From Octopus vulgaris (Eukaryota): a stretch of DNA of 64,000 nt. Location of the stretch: assembly GCA_951406725.2 (NCBI GenBank), contig OX597828.1, positions 7,936,001 to 8,000,000 of the forward strand, written 5' to 3'. This document shows positions 58,072 through 64,000 of the stretch, piece by piece (position 1 is the first letter of the stretch; the number at the start of each line of letters is the position of its first letter). The notes below the pieces were generated by a model that saw nothing but the letters and a program-made list of their open reading frames with translations, did no database searches and was not told the origin of the DNA. Both the position numbers and the translations under genes were made by a program.

Positions 58072-58478
58072 AGCAAGGACAGACAAACTGATTAAATCAA
58101 TTACCTTGACCCCAGTGCGTAACTGGTACTTAATTTATCGACCCCGAAATGATGAAAGGCAAAGTCGACCTCGGCGGAATTTGAACTCAGAACGTAACGG
58201 CAGACGAAATACAGCTAAGCATTTCGTCCGGCGTGCTAGCGTTTCTTTTTTTTTTACTACCCACAAGGGGCTACACACAGTGGAAACAAACAAGGACAGA
58301 CAAACGGATTAAGTCGATTACATCGACCCCAGTGCGTAACTGGTACTTAATTTATCGATCCCGAAAGGATGAAAGGCAAAGTCGACCTCGGAGGAATTTG
58401 AACTCAGAACGCAACGGCAGACGAAATAGAACTAAGCATTTCGTCCGGCGTGCTAACGTTTCTGCCAGCTCGCCGCCT
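58072..58478 (-). mobile_element. SINE family A head-to-tail dimer
   Basis: Two ~200-bp units giving near-duplicate ORF-track peptides (58106 and 58233). Confidence 0.9.
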
Positions 58479-59009
58479 TACTTCGTGCAAAAATTAAGCA
58501 CAAGGAAATAGATTTACTAGGAGTCAATTTCGTTCAGTGTTAAATTTTCACTCAAGTTTAATTTGTCCCACGTCCTACTACCGTTACCATGATGCTTTCA
58601 CATTCCCTTATATTAATTAACCAGGCATTATTTACTTAGGATGGAAATAAAGAGACGGAAAAAAGAATCCAATTTTTCCTCAGAAATATGTCACAGGGAA
58701 AATATCACATTTCACTTAAATACCAAAAATAATGGCCCAAGTAACGAAACAAATAATTCATGTCACTTATTTTCTGACTATGCAAATCTTGTACACTATG
58801 ACAGCAATTCATGGAATGGCATTACGCGCAGGTGACGAAATTCCCATTTTTATCTGATGGTTTAAGTAAATAAAAATTGAAGCAAAAGAAATTATAGACT
58901 TGTTATTGATTGGAATTTTCTTCTGCGATTTTCTGTGGACTTTTGTGATATTTTACCGAGTTAATTATTTACTGGTCTCGGTTCACTAATGATACACTCA
59001 CTAAGAATA

Positions 59010-59238
59010 TTACTCTTTTACTCTTTTACTTGTTTCAGTAATTTGACTGTGGCCATACTGGAGCACCGCCTTTAGTCGAGCAAATCAACCCCAGCACTTA
59101 TTCTTTGTATGCCTAGTACTTACTAGTACTTATTCTATCGGTATCTTTTGCTGAACCGCTAAGTTACGAGTACGTAAACACACTAGCATCGGTTGTCAAG
59201 CGATGTTGGGGGGGGGGATGACAAACACAGACACACAA

Positions 59239-59275
<37 letters not shown>

Positions 59276-59440
59276 CGACGGGCTTCTTTCAGTTCCCGTC
59301 CACCAAATCCACTCACAAAGCTTTGATCGGCCCGAGCCTATAGTAGAAGACACTTGCACAAGGTGCCACACAGTGGGAATGAACTCGGAACCATATGGTT
59401 GGTAAGCAAGCTACTTACCACACAGCCACTCCTACGCCTA
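59010..59440 (-). mobile_element. SINE family B, full length
   Basis: Head, internal (TA)n(TG)n and tail in reverse orientation. Confidence 0.9.
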
Positions 59441-59453
59441 TGTTCAGTTAAAT

Positions 59454-60778
59454 TATACCACTGTTGCTTATCACCAATACTCAACAAAAAGACCTATGCT
59501 ACATAAGAGTTGATTTAGCAAACATTTAAGGTTAAATGGCAGATTTAGTAGGAGGACCAGTGAAAACTAGGAGTGAGTAAAAATAGTTTAAATCTAGTTT
59601 TCACAAAGTGTTTTATCCAAACAATGAAACTCCTTTTAACGCGGATAATGAACCAACTTATAACACTTTTGAACTGCTTATAAATAACAGTGACTTCGGA
59701 AAATATTTCAAAGTGATGCACTACGCAAAATATTGGTTTCAAATTTTGGCACAAGGCCAGCAGATTTTGGGGTGGGTCTAGGTAGATTACATCGACGCCA
59801 GTGCTCGACCTGTACTGATTTTATCGACTCCAAAGGGACGAAATGCGCGCTAATTTTTAACTTTCCAGCTCACTTCTGTTGTTTGCAGTAGTGCTTGGAA
59901 AGAAAGCGTGAAGTGTGTGATCATCGCTTTGACCATGACAGAGAAACTTGTCATAGCCATACTTGCTCCGATGCCTACGCCAAGTTGCAGAAAGTGTATG
60001 GAAGTATGTGCACGAGGCGCACACATGTGTGCGAGTGATTCAGACGTTTCCAAGTTGGTCGAGAAAATGTCGATATTGACGAAAGTTCTGGGTGACCCCG
60101 CAGCCAGCAGAACTGATAAAAAAACATTTCAGAGGTGCATGCAGCTGTGAGGGAAAATCAACGAATCACTGTCCGTGAGCGATCAGAGGATGTGCAGATT
60201 AGTTACAATTGAGCTCAGTCCATTATCAAGGAAGATTTGGGTATGAGATGCGTGTCTGCTAAATTTGTGCCAAAACTGCTTTCAGCTAAGCAGAAAGACA
60301 GTAGGGTTTAAGTTGCATAATATCTTCTTAATTGTGTCGAGAACGATAAAATATTTTTGAAAACTTTGCGTAGGTTCTCAGCTCAACTTACACTGTCGTG
60401 TTCAATACGACGATCACATGCTACATACCTTTCTTCTGAGCACTGCTGTAAACAGCATATGTAAGCTAGAATATTAAAACTTTGGGCGCATGTAGAAAAA
60501 CTGTTAAGGTCAATCTATGCCAAGCGGCTTTACCGTGCACGCTTTAGCTTCGTTACTATGGCAACAGCCCTGATATTTATTGATGGGACAACGCGAATAT
60601 ATATATATATATATATATATATCTATAGATAAATTTCCTCTATTTACATAATATTGAGGTCTCTTTCTTTCTTTTGTTATCTTACCGTTTTATCAATATA
60701 TATATATATATATATAATACTATATTTGTTCCACGTCCTCGCGTTGTTGTGTTTTTTTTTGTGCTTTCTTGTTTGGAT

Positions 60779-60862
<84 letters not shown>

Positions 60863-61156
60863 TGTGTGTATGTGTCTGTGTACATGCGTGTGTGTGTTTG
60901 TCCCTACCACCGCTCGACAACCGGTGTCGGTTTCTTTACTTTCTCGTAACAATGGTTCGTTAAAAGAAGCATGAGAGAATAAGTACAGGCTTAAATACAC
61001 ACACACACACATATAGATTTAAACTATTTTTACTCACTCCTAGTTTTCGTTGGTCCTCCTCCTAAATCTGCCATTTAACCTCTATTGGTTGCTAAATCAA
61101 CTCCCATGTAGCATAGGTCTTTATATTGAGTATCGGTGATAAGTAACAGTGGTATA
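59454..61156. repeat. 143-bp inverted repeats (about 90% identical) 1.4 kb apart
   Basis: 59454-59596 vs 61014-61156; outer ends tataccactg / cagtggtata. Confidence 0.9.
59846..60595 (+). mobile_element. Second copy of the long-TIR mariner derivative, left end truncated
   Basis: Colinear with 43350-44118 (gattcagacgtttccaag, gtgagggaaaatc, tttgtgccaaaactgctttca, gttactatggcaac). Confidence 0.85.
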
Positions 61157-61159
61157 TAA

Positions 61160-61427
61160 GACGGCGAGCTGGCAGAAACGTTAGCACGCCGAGCGAAATG
61201 CTTAGCGGTATTTCGTCTGTCGTTACGTTCTGAGTTCAAATTCCGCCGAGGTTGACTTTGCCTTTCATCCTTTTGGGTTCGATTGAATAAGTACCAGTTA
61301 CGCAGTGGTGTCGATATAATCGACTATATATTTTATTTTTCTTACTGCCCACAAGGGGCTAAACATAGAGGGGACAAACAAGGACAGACAAACGGATTAA
61401 GTCGATTATATCGACACCACTGCGTAA

Positions 61428-61430
<3 letters not shown>
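61160..61430 (+). mobile_element. SINE family A with inverted 3' tail
   Basis: Head and core on plus strand to 61325; tail on minus strand about 61338-61430. Confidence 0.85.
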
Positions 61431-61519
<89 letters not shown>

Positions 61520-62062
61520 GTACTGTAGTCAATTCGTTCGAAAAAATTCCACGAAGGCGCTGCTCTAGTATGGCTGCAGTCTAATGACTGTAACAAGTAA
61601 AAGATAAGATAAAATATTCGTAAAATAACGACATATAATACTCAAGTGTTGAACACTTTGACCAGGACTGACCTAGGGCTACAACGCCATCATCATCATC
61701 ATCATCATCATCAACATCATCATTAACAGCAACAAGGAAGCTAAGTACTATAGGGTAGTTTGTGTGGTTTATTACTTTCCACCATCCATAATAGAAAAGA
61801 AGGCTTAGAATAACAATAGAAACAGCAAATAAATCCAGCTGTGTCTATAGACTCTCTGATCTCCCAGTGGGCCCTAGCAACACATGTTGACCCCTACGGT
61901 ACTCACTCTACTGACTGACTGGCATCAATTTACATGACTAGTGCATAGCTCTTGACCATGACCGCTGTGTAAGTAACATAACTATATCCGGATGTGCGGC
62001 AGGCATTTAATGATGTCAAACACACACACACACGCACCGAACACACACACACACACACACAG

Positions 62063-62095
<33 letters not shown>

Positions 62096-62347
62096 CACAC
62101 ACACACACGCACACATACACACGCATGCACACACACACACACATACGCACGCACATGTAAGTATGTGAATGTTATCCTAAAACTGTGTGTATATACACAC
62201 GGTTTTAGGATAACAGTCTATACCAGTTGTTTGCTCGAAATGCGCTGTATAAAGCGCATGCGTTTGTGTTTATTGTGCTTATGTGTGTGGAAAGGAGAAA
62301 CAGAAAGCGGGATATATGTATAAATAAATATATATATATATATATAT

Positions 62348-62393
<46 letters not shown>

Positions 62394-62548
62394 GAATAAA
62401 AGGGATAACAGGAAGGCATTGTCATTAAAATGTTGTGGTAGGTAAACGTCGAGTCAGCTCCAACCGTCACACTATGAGAGGTGACCTGCGACCAAATGTA
62501 CTCAGATCAGGATCAATCAGCTCTTTTTTGTATATTTAAAATTAATGT

Positions 62549-62890
62549 TGGAGTGGCTGTGTGGTAAGTAGCTTGCTTACCAGCCACATGGTTCCGGGTT
62601 CAGTCCCACTGCATGGCACCTTGGGCAAGTGTCTTCTACTATAGCCTCGGCTCGACAAAAGCCATGTGAGTGGATTTGGTAGACGGAAACTGAAAGAAGC
62701 CTGTTGTATATATGTGTGTGTGTGTGTGCATGTTTGTGCGTCTGTTTGTTCTCCCAACATTGCTTGACAACCGATGCTGGTGTGTTTACGTACTCGTAAC
62801 TTAGCGGTTCGGCAAAAAGAGACCGATAGAATAAGTATTAGGCTTACTAAGAATAAGTCCTGGGGTCGATTTGCTCGACTAAAGGGGGTG
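62549..62890 (+). mobile_element. SINE family B, 3' truncated
   Basis: ggagtggctgtgtggtaagtagcttgc…caccttgggcaagtg…ggggtcgatttgctcgactaaagg. Confidence 0.9.
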
Positions 62891-64000
62891 TGTTTGATTG
62901 TGAGGGAATTTGGCCGATCATTTTAGCGCGTCGAGTCATCACTTTGTACAGTTAAATTCGTGGGCTGTATTAAGTTTTCAAAACGTTAGACATACATGCT
63001 TTTTAGCCCCAACATGCGGCTTACAGGTGACTTATGTTCATGTAAATGTACCGAGTGTATTTATATGGAATATCTTTCGAATTTCGACTCGAAATATTTT
63101 CGGAAATTTGTTTCCAACTTGTAAACGACATAATATTAGTAAATGGGTTATTCAGTGTAGATGACAGAACGAATATCAGAAGACGTTGGGATATTCTTAA
63201 CCTCCTAGGAGCACATCACATAAATCTTCCATTTAGCTGCATTTTATTCTGAGTTCTAGTGCCTCCAACCACAGATCTTAGAGAGACTGCGGAGGTTTAT
63301 TTACATGCCTCGTTTCTGTGAATCCTATGACGTTTTTCATCTCGTCAGCTTTTGTTCGGGTTCCTATGTCTTTGCTTGCTGTTTTTACCGTTCATATACT
63401 TCAGGGATGAGTTATTTTTTTATATTCTTTCCTATTCATCTCAAAATTTGTTGTTATTCTCCCTTGGGGAGAGGGTTTCACGCTTGTTTACAGAATCCGC
63501 AGCAACCGTTCTGTGTTCTTGAAGTTACTTTGGTAAATATGCCTGTTGCTATTGTTGCTGTGACGGCTGCTCTACACAGCTTTCCTTTTTACACCGCATT
63601 TGTGACGTTTCCGGTTTTTCGGGGCAAAATTATCTGCACCCATTTCTGTATTACATATAAAGGAACTTGTATTTTGCTTTGTTCCATGAAAATCATACCC
63701 ACTGATTCGATGCCTTCAAGTTGGTATTGTTCAGTATTGTTTTACTAATATTCGAAGAAACCTCTCCTCCTGAGACTTCTCATCACTCCTGCGTTAACCA
63801 GTCGTCCAGATTCTGACACAAAATGTACAACAAACAAAGAGTTCAACATCATTGAAATTACATTTGCCCATCATATTCGCATTTTTATATGCCACAAAAT
63901 TTGGAGGAAGAGTGTTAGGGCAGGAGCATGCATCAGCAATTCAACCTGCTTTGAACGAATCATTTCTATACAAAAATACTAAAAAAATGGTATAAAAAAG

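Noticed and set aside
63305-63748. 147-aa ORF, with a minus-strand CTGACGA-gat-GAAA motif at 63328-63348
   Set aside because: Peptide composition looks non-coding with no known motif; the motif lacks stem II and stem I

Overview
Eukaryotic, AT-rich, repeat-saturated DNA with no supportable host protein-coding exon, RNA gene or CRISPR array; most ORF-track entries are translated microsatellites or SINEs. The SINE families resemble ones I recall from Octopus genomes, so an octopus/cephalopod intron or intergenic region is inferred (not verified). Content: four tRNA-derived SINE families (labels A-D are mine), six 3' fragments of R4/Dong-type RLE LINEs in or beside (TAA)n/(TTA)n-type arrays, an RTE LINE tail, a decayed Tc1 (DD34E-type) transposon, a deleted mariner, two copies of a fold-back mariner derivative, a Helentron-type non-autonomous element, a probable solo LTR, and several short repeats embedded in (TA)n. 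The best lead is ribozyme-bearing mobile DNA: a type I hammerhead fold at 818-863 inside a permuted, inverted ~360-nt monomer (Penelope pLTR or retrozyme-like), plus a second repeat family with a minimal hammerhead (4377-4411 and 45941-45976, minus strand). Several fold-back structures abut (TA)n tracts. All alignments were made by eye and most element boundaries are approximate.
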